The notes beneath the pieces are model-generated. The model was not told the origin of the DNA, ran no database searches, and saw only the letters and a program-made list of their open reading frames with translations. Of a stretch of 64,000 nt of DNA, positions 40,801 through 48,396 are shown piece by piece. Numbering within the stretch: position 1 is the stretch's first letter; the number at the start of each line of letters is the position of its first letter. The position numbers were made by a program, and so were the translations under genes. The stretch is from an uncultured bacterium (GTDB taxonomy: Bacteria > Bacteroidota > Rhodothermia > Rhodothermales > UBA10348). The stretch is from the NCBI GenBank assembly GCA_938018055.1, contig CALIKL010000040.1, forward strand, positions 14,695-78,694, written 5' to 3'.

Positions 40801-42681
40801 GGTGCTCGTTCCTCCGACCCCGGGAAGGGTCTTGGAGGCTGTTTTACCTGGGGGCTCATAAAAGACCTGCAGGTCGAACTCGTTCGGCTGGATGCTGCGT
40901 CCAGGCAAACTATAGATATTGCGCATCTCCAAATACCATGCGGCCGGATTGAAATCGGCCTCAGGTGCCGGCTGGCGCAACTGTACCGGACGAATCAGCT
41001 TGAGAACAATCTTGTCCTCGTTCTGGCCCCCATCGGAACCACCCGTATCCGTCGAGAAGTCACCGACTTGAAACGTCCGCCCCGCCGCTCGGAATCGGAA
41101 AGCGACGGCGAGAGCCTCGCTTTCTTGAATGCGTTGGTTCATCGAGAGGTAGCCGAGAACCTCGTCCACGTCATAATCCCGCCCCCGTTCCAGGCGCTTG
41201 AACTTTCCGACCTGGAAATCGGAGGAGGAGAGATCCTTGACGGTTTCCAGATAAGAACCGGGCGCGGCATTTCCGTCCCGGAGTTCGAGGTCAACCTCGC
41301 CGCCCTCGGCGTCGTCATACTGGTCGATATCATTGGCAGGGAGGCGTTCCTGGTTGTACTGGTTGGACTGCGCCAAGATGTCCTGGGACTCCCCGAGGTC
41401 CACCATGGCGACGACCTGGCGCACGTTTTCTTCTTCCGGGCGCGTCGGCATCAATTTCCACACCTCGATCTCCGTGATGCGCTCAAAGCCGTTGGCAACC
41501 CGGATGTTGGGTGGATCGGAAAGAGCCTCCTCGAATCGATTTCGGAAATAGTAGCCGAGGAAGAAGTGTGTCGCTTCGTCGTAGTCCGTTGGACGCAGAT
41601 CGAATTCAGTCTGCTCAGATCCGCCTTCGATATTCAGACTGTTGGACTGTCCCTCTTGCTGGGACATGACCGTCGTGAGGCGAATACCGCCCAGTTGAAA
41701 CTCGCTCTTTATCCCGAACAGGCTCTGCCCGCCACGAATCAAGGAAGACGGTGTCTGCAGGAATACGTTACCGGCTTCGATCTTCTGGATGATCTCGTCT
41801 TCATATCCGGTGTACTCAAGCTTGAGCTGGTTCTGGAAATCAAACTGGTTTCGCGAGTCATAATTGACATTGATGCGCAATTTGTCGCCAATCGTTCCGG
41901 TGATCCCAAGACTCAGGTCTTGCTTGAACTCAGGGTCGAGCTGGGATGGCTTTCCGGAAATTGACACCTGCTGATCGCTCTTTCGATAGTCAAAGCCGGC
42001 GTGAATATCAGCCGTTCCATTGACGCGAAGATCCACCTCGTTCGCTCCGAAGATGGTTCGGAATGCGCTTTGGCGTCCACCGGGGACGACGATATTGAAT
42101 CCGAGGCCACCGCGTCGTCGCTGTTCGTCCTGCCGTTCTCGTTGGATAATGAGTTCGCGCCAGTTTTCATCCAGATCCTGGCCAAGGCGAGCGGCTCGGT
42201 AGTCGTCGAAATTCAGTTGAACCGGATAACGCGCATCCCAATCCCCAACCTTTTCCCGGACGAGATAGGTTGTGGCCAGGGTGTCGAACTCGATTTCATT
42301 TTTCCACCAGCGGCCGAGAGACGGAGACATGACCAGGCGGTCGCGAGGGGTGACACTGGCACTCCATGCATCGCGCGAAAACGCGGGGATATAGTCCCAG
42401 ACGAGGGCAGAATCGGGAACGAACAAGGTATCGACCAGCAGACTGTCCACTTCCAGCGTATCGAGGCCGCTCAAGTCTGCCTCAACGGAATCGGTATCTG
42501 CCAGCGCGATATAGCCTGACAGACTTCTCCAAGATTCAAATTCAGGATCCGTCGCTGCGGAGCTCACCCACACCATCGACACCACAAACAGTGCGACAAT
42601 ACCTGCAAACCACTTTTGCAGGCTGGAAGGGGCATGCTCTTCCAAGCGGATATCCGTTGACCTTTCCGGTTCGTGACGCAA
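34828..42681 (-). CDS. sprA: T9SS translocon / cell-surface protein SprA
   Basis: 2617 aa with an N-terminal signal-anchor and a beta-rich, Asn/Asp/Ser/Thr/Gly/aromatic-rich composition. SprA-family blocks such as LKLEYTGYEDEIIQKIEAGNV and LFGIKSEFQLG are present. T9SS cargo tails occur elsewhere in the window. Confidence 0.9.
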   Translation of the reverse strand: MRHEPERSTDIRLEEHAPSSLQKWFAGIVALFVVSMVWVSSAATDPEFESWRSLSGYIALADTDSVEADLSGLDTLEVDSLLVDTLFVPDSALVWDYIPAFSRDAWSASVTPRDRLVMSPSLGRWWKNEIEFDTLATTYLVREKVGDWDARYPVQLNFDDYRAARLGQDLDENWRELIIQRERQDEQRRRGGLGFNIVVPGGRQSAFRTIFGANEVDLRVNGTADIHAGFDYRKSDQQVSISGKPSQLDPEFKQDLSLGITGTIGDKLRINVNYDSRNQFDFQNQLKLEYTGYEDEIIQKIEAGNVFLQTPSSLIRGGQSLFGIKSEFQLGGIRLTTVMSQQEGQSNSLNIEGGSEQTEFDLRPTDYDEATHFFLGYYFRNRFEEALSDPPNIRVANGFERITEIEVWKLMPTRPEEENVRQVVAMVDLGESQDILAQSNQYNQERLPANDIDQYDDAEGGEVDLELRDGNAAPGSYLETVKDLSSSDFQVGKFKRLERGRDYDVDEVLGYLSMNQRIQESEALAVAFRFRAAGRTFQVGDFSTDTGGSDGGQNEDKIVLKLIRPVQLRQPAPEADFNPAAWYLEMRNIYSLPGRSIQPNEFDLQVFYEPPGKTASKTLPGVGGTSTILQLTGLDRVNEDQALVADDQFDFLVNYTILPGEGSLIFPYLEPFGSRLTNVILSGGGTPDAQNGLRELYVFEKLYSQKKANARRDSQHDVYRIRGSYRGSVQSSYDLNAFSGVVQGSVRVTSGGTPLTEGTDFVVEYSGTGLVQIINPAFLTPGRDIEIEFEQNSFFNIQKKTLVGMRADYTLDERLSLGATVMRMNQQSPIDKFRIGEEPISNTIWGIDGALKLEPRWMTRAIDFVPLLQTREPSSISLSGEFAQLRPGNTQTIAFERTRRDLQAAGRDFSRDELGGTSYIDDFEGFENTFTMMQPGSWGLASAPDSIGAVDRFGTTFGFQSDSLRTNWRGNFAWYRINANMLREIPTIAFDADAIRIFRIDEVFPNRDTRAEIDPTLETYDIYFNPNERGPYNYTRDLRGFLDNPKYAWGGMTQRLPEGFTDFSLKNIDFVEFVFRPFPENAQGDAGVDAKLLVDLGSISEDILPDEKLNNEDGLSTATITEGGILTWGRSPTGAQNSVVDIDDASRRTEDLGLDGLASGSLEYPPFATEEIHFADFLNSLDRNSNDPRYRAEVAKALADPSGDDYHYFGNSQYYENSEFFPASASFQQHFSRYFAGHELNAFETQTKLANNTSVKRGNSRFPDSEDRNLNSTVDTENSYFQYEIPLSKRALDSLAAPQQVDDYIVGEVADADGNGTGWYQVRIPVQQYSRRVGDIQDFSLIEFIRLWTTGHEVPFTARFASLELVGSQWQKSEAITLERETPFDTTGTETVLTISSINNEENAETYLPPVGAVVSQSRLASGRVQNAREQSLVIRAENLGPGQQRAIFKTQNSGLDLLKYSNLRMFVHAHGQLADGTDLASLPLEESRTKATLFVRLGSNETNDYYEYEQPLTPSYENAGNSDELWRTAVDYDGEFRDLGSMNIELGALNQLKVARDRVAYPTDSTFWSVTNGELTTADSPDAAVFAPPGTRLGIRGTPSLGKVNSVVIGIRNPADSTLFGSEYILEDITMWINELRVAGYDSENGWAALSNMDIKLADVGSIKASFQRQTDGFGSLSSSLGEREQLNINNWTVTTEVNADKLIPERFGWTLPVNIQVQSNTTTPRFSPTRGDIRLEEIISQIDDREDLTEQEKAEARSEATEAAQTYTLSRSLSTRVGKTGSRNKILRNTVDGISVSYSQADTDGRSPAQELNDSWRWASAAGYRFQTRNPKTVRPFFFLDSVPLLRTLGGLNFNFLPSLISTSGTFNRQFSQTRERPIVSAGDTTGTPLDVRFPLREKHAFTHGRDFQFQYNPFNFLNLSFDTDTNQSFNTAGVDTLYNVVTSDTTFFGMRLDEAIAAGMIPDNQLNNAFEVSSLDVIPGTNVLGRFFSGGITPRTERHSQVFRASFRPQLRAIGFLNWIQIQDISYNATFDWQNGPVGRNNGAAIRNNVELRGGVSLRIQDFWRKFGFYESIEDAQDDFQREKDRVRRQKETAREARRKAKEARRLAEASGVDMPDELPAEQRANEAEEEDESTGPGFGGRLKSYARQLILATTGIRDFNLTYQDSRQSNSSNVGTAVLDENGILQDVATYYSIRDAIKGNGASLGYRFGLDRQFDIEDRIVDPSLQVSDQLSDAKRFQGRTTLSPSQALNVTLNWNLDLSESETFTFRPALDDLQKVIGIDTTITQSGNNKASIWAFGASYLDLFQSQLDTYNSDLLATGEEDPILIPDADGNGRSPLTNSSVVDDFRKAFVRGGTTVDALGIAPLPKPTWQVTYSGLSDWPIIRRLTNNVSLRHAYSGDYAADYNTNTAFAGADSIRTVDLGSRRIQFAVEEYQINNIRINESFRPLIGVDVTWKGSISTGMTWSTSNSYSLSTTNFEVSENKTKELEVTINYQKSGLKLPFFRKLNNRVTLALSIKRSETLDQRLRLRRALEQAITDPEFKLQDALEGDNVSLVTAHTRLTMTPRVAYQFSNRVSADFTLKYEKFDSEDSRQPSSVNINGTFNIRVSIAN

Positions 42682-43008
42682 AACAGTGACGGGACCGTTC
42701 CTTGTGGCTCAGTCGCAAATACGCCCTCTCAGGACGGATTCACGAGGTTCGACTTTCGAATTCGTAACGATGAGGCGTATAGGACGGCGAGGGCTGTTTT
42801 TTGCGGGGAAAACGGGTCGTATCTGACCGGGGGAGGGCCTATGCAGCAGGAGCCGATAGGTTCTCCCTATTCGCGTCTTTCTACTACCTTGTCAGGTGGC
42901 ATCCATTGATAACCGCGTCTCCCTTCGGCGAGGCGAAAAGGTCATGCGGAAATGCCGTGTAACTACGATACTGGATATATGATGCAGCATACTATGGTAC
43001 CCAACGAA

Positions 43009-43491
43009 ATGAAGGGCATTTTTCGTTCCATTCTGGTCGTGATAATGATTGGATTGACGTTGGCGGGGTGTGAAACGGGCGACGGCGAAACAATCGCTTT
43101 GAATGTGGCAGCTGAACGCACGGCTATTCAAGAGGTCCTGATGCGTCAGCAAGACGCCTGGAATGCAGGAGATATTGAAGCTTTCATGGACGACTATGTC
43201 AAATCCGACACGCTAAGATTCACGTCTGGAGCCACGGTACGCTATGGCTGGGATGCGGCACTCGACCGATACTACACCACCTATCCAGATCGCGGTGCCA
43301 TGGGCCAGTTGACGTTCAGTGATCTGGCCATTGATGTACATTCTGAGGAATGGGCCACTGTCTTTGGCTCATGGCATCTCAAACGTGGTGGAGCGTATGC
43401 CGACATAGGTGGGCGGTACACGTTGCTGATGCACCACGGCACAGAAGGCTGGAAAGTTCTCTACGATCATACATCTCAAGCTGACTCATGA
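43009..43491 (+). CDS. SnoaL/DUF4440-like (NTF2 fold) lipoprotein
   Basis: The likely start MKGIFRSILVVIMIGLTLAGCETG carries a lipobox. AIQEVLMRQQDAWNAGDIEAFMDDY is typical of DUF4440. Confidence 0.6.
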   Translation: MKGIFRSILVVIMIGLTLAGCETGDGETIALNVAAERTAIQEVLMRQQDAWNAGDIEAFMDDYVKSDTLRFTSGATVRYGWDAALDRYYTTYPDRGAMGQLTFSDLAIDVHSEEWATVFGSWHLKRGGAYADIGGRYTLLMHHGTEGWKVLYDHTSQADS

Positions 43492-44138
43492 CCGAATCTG
43501 CACCTTTGGCTGTTATTACCGGTGCTTCAGGCCGACTTGGTTCGGTAGCCGTTGAGGGATTTCTGCAAGCCGGGTATCGCGTAGTCGGCCTGGATCGGTC
43601 GAGTGGCGCTCAGGATGCAACCCCCGTCTTGGCTGTTGATGCTACAAGCGAAGATTCGGTCACCCGGGTATTTGAAGAGATACGAACTTCTTACGGCACG
43701 CCCTCGGTGATCATTCATACCGTGGGTATGTGGGCCATGCAGCCTTTCGCTGAAACGGAGCTTGATGCCTGGCAAACGATGATGGACGTCAACCTCACGA
43801 GTTCCTTTCTGATTTTCCGCGAAGGAGTCCGCATGATGAAAGAAACCGGAGGGACCCTGATTGGCATCTGCTCACAGCAAGGGAGCGTTCGAGGTACTGC
43901 CCAGCAAGCGGCGTATTCAGCCTCAAAAGCAGGTGTGAAGCGATTGGTCGAAGCCATTGGAGCAGAGTATGCAGGAACCGGATTGACGGCGCATGCCGTC
44001 GCTCCCTCCATGATTCTGTTCGATGGTGATGAAGGCAAAGGGGTGACAGCCAACGATCTGGTGGAGCACTTCCTGCATCTGGCCTCTCCAGCTGGTGCCA
44101 GCTTGAATGGGGATACCCTACATGCCTTTGGCGATTGA
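43488..44138 (+). CDS. short-chain dehydrogenase/reductase family oxidoreductase
   Basis: VITGASGRLGS glycine motif and YSASK catalytic motif. The start overlaps the upstream stop (ATGA). Confidence 0.8.
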   Translation: MTESAPLAVITGASGRLGSVAVEGFLQAGYRVVGLDRSSGAQDATPVLAVDATSEDSVTRVFEEIRTSYGTPSVIIHTVGMWAMQPFAETELDAWQTMMDVNLTSSFLIFREGVRMMKETGGTLIGICSQQGSVRGTAQQAAYSASKAGVKRLVEAIGAEYAGTGLTAHAVAPSMILFDGDEGKGVTANDLVEHFLHLASPAGASLNGDTLHAFGD

Positions 44139-44286
44139 ACCTTATTGATTCAATGATTCCAGGCGAAGGATGCCGGATAATGAGTCTTCAAGATGGATTG
44201 TGACGCCGCTGCCGGGCAATCCCCACGAGCACGTCGGGAATTACCGGTTGACCTGACCCTGTTCCTGCCTTTATTTCCGTCGTCCT

Positions 44287-44310
44287 TCGGGTCTGTGACC
44301 CGGGCGTTTT
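44287..44310 (+). terminator. possible terminator/attenuator hairpin in the pfk leader
   Basis: TCGGGTC-TGT-GACCCGG (6 Watson-Crick pairs plus one G.U) followed by GCGTTTTGATTTCTT. The loop is only 3 nt. Confidence 0.25.
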
Positions 44311-44369
44311 GATTTCTTCGGACGGCTTCGTCGCGTCCGCTCGGCACATTCATCCTGAGTACAACACAC

Positions 44370-45569
44370 ATGACTTCCTACAAAGGTACCATTGGCATTC
44401 TAACGGGTGGCGGCGACGTTCCCGGTCTCAACCCGGCCATTCGCGCCGTGACTATTCGCGCCATACGTGAGGGATATCGCGTGATCGGCATACGTCGGGG
44501 CTGGGCGGGTCTCGTTGAAATCGTACCCGATCCGGAAGCAGACAATAGTCATTGTTTCCTGGTACTGACGGAAGACGTAGTCAACCGTGCAGGACGTACA
44601 GGAGGTACATTTCTGCATTCGTCGCGCACGCGTCCCAGTCATCTTCCGAAGGCCATGGTACCTGAGCATTTGAAGGAGACGTACTCGGATGAAATCAATG
44701 ACATGACGCCGGACATCCTGAAGAATATCGAGTTCATCGGGTTGGACTACTTGATTCCGATTGGAGGCGACGACACTCTCAGCTACGGCCATCGTCTGTA
44801 TAAGGAAGGCGTCAAGGTCATTGCCATTCCGAAAACGATGGACAATGATGTACCCGGAACAGACTACTGTATCGGTTTCGGTACCTGTGTGACCCGAACC
44901 ATCGAATTGGCTCACACACTTCGGACGTCGGCTGGCTCTCACGAGCGCTTCCTGGTTATTGAGGTTTTCGGCCGCTATGCGGGTTTCTCCGCGCTGCTGC
45001 CCACCATGGCCGGTGCCGCAGATCGATGTGTGATTCCCGAATACCCGTTTGATCCGGAGCATTTGACCGAAATCCTTACCTATGACCGCAATCGTCACCC
45101 CAGTAAGTATGCGGTGGTATTGGTCTCTGAAGGTGCGACCATGGCGCACCACGATGGCATGTCATTTGAAGGAGAAGAAGCCGATCAGTACGGGCACAAA
45201 AAGTTGGGCGGAATCGGGGACAAGGTCGCGGCCGATCTGAAGCGTCTCTCGCCCAAATACAACAGCGGCAAGCGCATCAACGTGGTCAATCAGCGATTGG
45301 GATATCTCGTACGATGCGGAGACCCGGACGCCCTGGACTCGATCGTTCCGATGGCATTTGGCAACCTGGCACTGGATCTGATCCTGACCAGATCCAATGG
45401 CCGTCTGGTCAGCGTCAGGAACGGTACGTACGACAACGTGCCGTTGGATGTCGTTGTCGGTACCAAGAAAGTGGTTGATGTATCCAAGTATTACAACGTG
45501 GATCGCTTCCGGCCTTACTACCATTCCTTCGCACAGCGCCCCACATTCATCATGACCTCGGACGTTTGA
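44370..45569 (+). CDS. pfk: 6-phosphofructokinase, PPi-dependent type predicted
   Basis: GILTGGGDVPGLNPAIR, IPIGGDDTLSYG, IPKTMDNDV. Confidence 0.9.
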   Translation: MTSYKGTIGILTGGGDVPGLNPAIRAVTIRAIREGYRVIGIRRGWAGLVEIVPDPEADNSHCFLVLTEDVVNRAGRTGGTFLHSSRTRPSHLPKAMVPEHLKETYSDEINDMTPDILKNIEFIGLDYLIPIGGDDTLSYGHRLYKEGVKVIAIPKTMDNDVPGTDYCIGFGTCVTRTIELAHTLRTSAGSHERFLVIEVFGRYAGFSALLPTMAGAADRCVIPEYPFDPEHLTEILTYDRNRHPSKYAVVLVSEGATMAHHDGMSFEGEEADQYGHKKLGGIGDKVAADLKRLSPKYNSGKRINVVNQRLGYLVRCGDPDALDSIVPMAFGNLALDLILTRSNGRLVSVRNGTYDNVPLDVVVGTKKVVDVSKYYNVDRFRPYYHSFAQRPTFIMTSDV

Positions 45570-45596
45570 GCGCCGGACGGAGGGCGTACGGGATTC

Positions 45597-47333
45597 CTAG
45601 ATGGAAAGGGCGCCCGCGCGGTCGCCTGAGTACCGTCCGGTGAGCCAGGTTGCAATGCCGATCAGGATCATCAAGAAGACCGAATAGGCGGCAGCAGCTC
45701 CGAAATCGTAAAGGCGGAGCTGGGACAGGATTTCAACCGAAATAGGGCGGTTGTCAAACACGTATAGCAGGATGGACGAGACGAATTCGCCCAGTGCTGT
45801 CACGAAAGTCAGCAGGCTGCCAGCCAGAATGCCGGGCAGGATGGACGGAAGCATGACCTGCCGGAATGTGCGCCAACGTGACGCTCCCAAGTCAATCGAG
45901 GCATCAGTCAGCCGATCGTCGTAGGTCTCCAGGGCAGCTATGGTCGAGCGAACCACCAGGGGAATGTGCCGGATGAAATAGGCCAGTGGGAGCAACCAGA
46001 AGGTCCCAACCAGAATGGCACCGCCTGACAGGGCTGTGGGCTCGCTGAAGGTGATGATGAGGTTGATGGCAATGACGGTTCCGGGAATGGCGAACGGTAG
46101 CACTGAAAGCAACCGTATCAGGCCACGGCCACGAACACGTCCCTTCACAATGAGCAGAGCCACCATCACGCCGAAAAGCACGTTTGCGACAGAGGCCATT
46201 GTCGCCATCTGTAGCGAATTGAGGATTGGTTTGGCCACATCTGGCTGCCTGAGCAAGTCCAGGTAGTTGTCCAGGGTGTAGGCCTGTGGTAGCACCTGAT
46301 AGGTCCAGCTTCCCTCTTTAACGAACGAAATCAGGATAACCGTCAGTACTGGAAGAGCGAGAAAGACGATGATGGCGCCGGCTCCCAGCAAAGCCACTAT
46401 ACGGGTTGGGCCTGACGTGACCGGGCTGGGAGCCGGCGCTGAACCCTTGGACGCTGTCGATACGCGTCCCGTTCGACGCTCCATTTCAATTAACAGCAGG
46501 AATACCAGGCAGATCACGGTCAGGACTACCGAAACGGCCGCGGAGTACTCCAGATTGCCGTTCATCTTGTAGTTGTAGATCTGGAGCGTCAGGAAATTCT
46601 CCGTCCCGGCGAACAGCAGCGGTGCCGTGAATGACGCCATCGAAATCATGAATACCAGCAACGATGCACTGACCATGGACGGTCGCAAATGAGGCAGAAT
46701 GACCGTACGGAATGAGCGCCACGCGCTGGCTCCCATGTCAGCTGCTGCTTCAAGCAGGCTCTGATCTACTGTTTTCAGGGAGGCAGAACAGAACAGGTAG
46801 AAGAAGACATACATCGAGTAGACATGGACCAGCCAAACGGCCCACAGTCCTGAAAAAGAAAACGGGACCTCCTCCAGATCCAGTACGGTCTGTATGCCTC
46901 GAGGCAGAATGCCGCTCTCGCCGTAAAGGAAGAGGAAAGCCAACACGCCAACCAGTGGCGGCAAGGCCAGTGGAAGCGCAGCCAGCGCAGTCAAGGATCG
47001 CTTCAGCGGGAAATCATAACGAAACAGAAGCCAGGCCATCGATGTGCCGAGCACACCGGCTCCGACTACGGTCCAGACCGATATCCAAACGGAGTTGAAC
47101 AACGCGCGTGCGTTGGCCGAATCCAGAGAGCGGAAAATATCAGACAGGATGGCTGCATCAAGCCCTGTCGTGAAGACGCGAAGCATCGGCCAAAGCACGT
47201 AGCCCAGCAGGACCAGGAGGCTGAACGCAGCGACCCCCCATCCCGCTCGAGGCGAAAGAATTCCCGTGGTGGCAGCACCGGCTGTATGCGATACCAGTCT
47301 GAATCGCCGGCGGCTTTCCTGGTGAGCGGACAT
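45597..47333 (-). CDS. ABC transporter permease, duplicated two-module type (FbpB/ThiP-like)
   Basis: 578 aa, about 12 TM helices, with two BPD-type permease repeats. Each has an EAA-like loop: LLEAAADMGASAWRSFRTVILP and LTDASIDLGASRWRTFRQVMLP. Confidence 0.8.
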   Translation of the reverse strand: MSAHQESRRRFRLVSHTAGAATTGILSPRAGWGVAAFSLLVLLGYVLWPMLRVFTTGLDAAILSDIFRSLDSANARALFNSVWISVWTVVGAGVLGTSMAWLLFRYDFPLKRSLTALAALPLALPPLVGVLAFLFLYGESGILPRGIQTVLDLEEVPFSFSGLWAVWLVHVYSMYVFFYLFCSASLKTVDQSLLEAAADMGASAWRSFRTVILPHLRPSMVSASLLVFMISMASFTAPLLFAGTENFLTLQIYNYKMNGNLEYSAAVSVVLTVICLVFLLLIEMERRTGRVSTASKGSAPAPSPVTSGPTRIVALLGAGAIIVFLALPVLTVILISFVKEGSWTYQVLPQAYTLDNYLDLLRQPDVAKPILNSLQMATMASVANVLFGVMVALLIVKGRVRGRGLIRLLSVLPFAIPGTVIAINLIITFSEPTALSGGAILVGTFWLLPLAYFIRHIPLVVRSTIAALETYDDRLTDASIDLGASRWRTFRQVMLPSILPGILAGSLLTFVTALGEFVSSILLYVFDNRPISVEILSQLRLYDFGAAAAYSVFLMILIGIATWLTGRYSGDRAGALSI

Positions 47334-47340
47334 GGTTTGC

Positions 47341-47952
47341 CTACACCGTTTCGCGTGCTTCGAGCGCGCGCGTCAATGTGGCTTCATCCGTGAACTCCAG
47401 GTCGCTTCCGATTGGAATCCCGCGCGCCAGGCGGGTAACCCGGACATCAAATGGGGCCAGTAATTGTGTGATATAATAGGCTGTTGTATCCCCTTCGACG
47501 GATGGGTTCACCGCAAGAATGATCTCTTCAACCGCGGGGCGGTCCGAGGGTGCGGCGACACGCGCAACCAGCTCTTTTATGCGGAGGTCTTCAGGGCCGA
47601 TGCCGTCAAGTGGGGAGATGGCCCCACCGAGCACGTGGTAAGCACCGGAGTACCCACCCGTCCGTTCAATGGCCATCAAATCACTGGGCTCTTCCACCAC
47701 GCAGACCGTTTGCTGGTTGCGTCGGTCAGAGGTGCACACCGGACACGGGTCGTGATCGGCCACGTTGAAGCAGATTGAGCAGAACAGCACCTTGTCCTTG
47801 ACAGCGATCAAGGCGGCGGCCATCTCTTCGACCGACGAGCGCGGCTGCTTCAAGATGAAGGCTGCGAGTCGACGCGCCGTTTTGCGACCGATTCCGGGGA
47901 GGGTCGCAAACTGCTCGACCAGGGTTTCAACCGATTCAGAGGAGAACTGCAT
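47341..47952 (-). CDS. recR: recombination protein RecR
   Basis: [13 protein letters not shown] helix-hairpin-helix, CSICFNV...CPVC zinc finger, and a Toprim-like [14 protein letters not shown]. Confidence 0.92.
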   Translation of the reverse strand: MQFSSESVETLVEQFATLPGIGRKTARRLAAFILKQPRSSVEEMAAALIAVKDKVLFCSICFNVADHDPCPVCTSDRRNQQTVCVVEEPSDLMAIERTGGYSGAYHVLGGAISPLDGIGPEDLRIKELVARVAAPSDRPAVEEIILAVNPSVEGDTTAYYITQLLAPFDVRVTRLARGIPIGSDLEFTDEATLTRALEARETV

Positions 47953-48290
47953 CAGAGGCCGAATTGGCTCAGGTCGGTCCCAGGAGGTATAAGACCGCCG
48001 GCAGCTTTGGCCATTTCCTGTTTGGCCAATCCAGAAGCCTCTTCAAGGGCTTTGTTTACCCCAGCCATCACAAGGTCTTCCAGTAGTTCGATATCGTCTG
48101 GGTCGATGACTTCCTTCTCGATGGAGATAGACTTTACACGCTGCAAACCGTTTGCGGTCACTTTGACCATCCCGCCACCGGCTTCTGCGGTGACCGTTTT
48201 GCCTCCGAGATTCTCCTGGGTTTCGGCCATCTTCTTCTGCATGTCGGCAATCTTGCCAAACATATCGGCCATGTTCATTCCGTCAGTCAT
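47952..48290 (-). CDS. ybaB: YbaB/EbfC family nucleoid-associated protein
   Basis: About 110 aa with [11 protein letters not shown]...[29 protein letters not shown]. It sits between dnaX and recR. Confidence 0.9.
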   Translation of the reverse strand: MTDGMNMADMFGKIADMQKKMAETQENLGGKTVTAEAGGGMVKVTANGLQRVKSISIEKEVIDPDDIELLEDLVMAGVNKALEEASGLAKQEMAKAAGGLIPPGTDLSQFGL

Positions 48291-48396
48291 CTTCGTTGTC
48301 TATTGGGTCGTATTCGAGTGGTGGTTGGAACCGAAGCAGCCAACCCTTGAAGCCGTAATCATGCCAGCACAACCTCTTGGTTGCCAGCCAGTCTTG

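Noticed and set aside
44150-44371. 73-aa minus-strand ORF in the 231-nt gap before pfk.
   Set aside because: The peptide is Arg/Asn-rich and motif-free with no start context. The region is treated as the pfk leader or promoter.
48323-48345. GGTTGGAACCGAAGCAGCCAACC on the plus strand between dnaX and ybaB, which contains GAAGCAGCCAA as in the SRP RNA core.
   Set aside because: The GGAA cannot be closed into a tetraloop by the flanking bases (U-C clash). There is no UCAGG 5' partner. It lies on the strand opposite the operon. It is probably just a 6-bp hairpin in the intergenic spacer.
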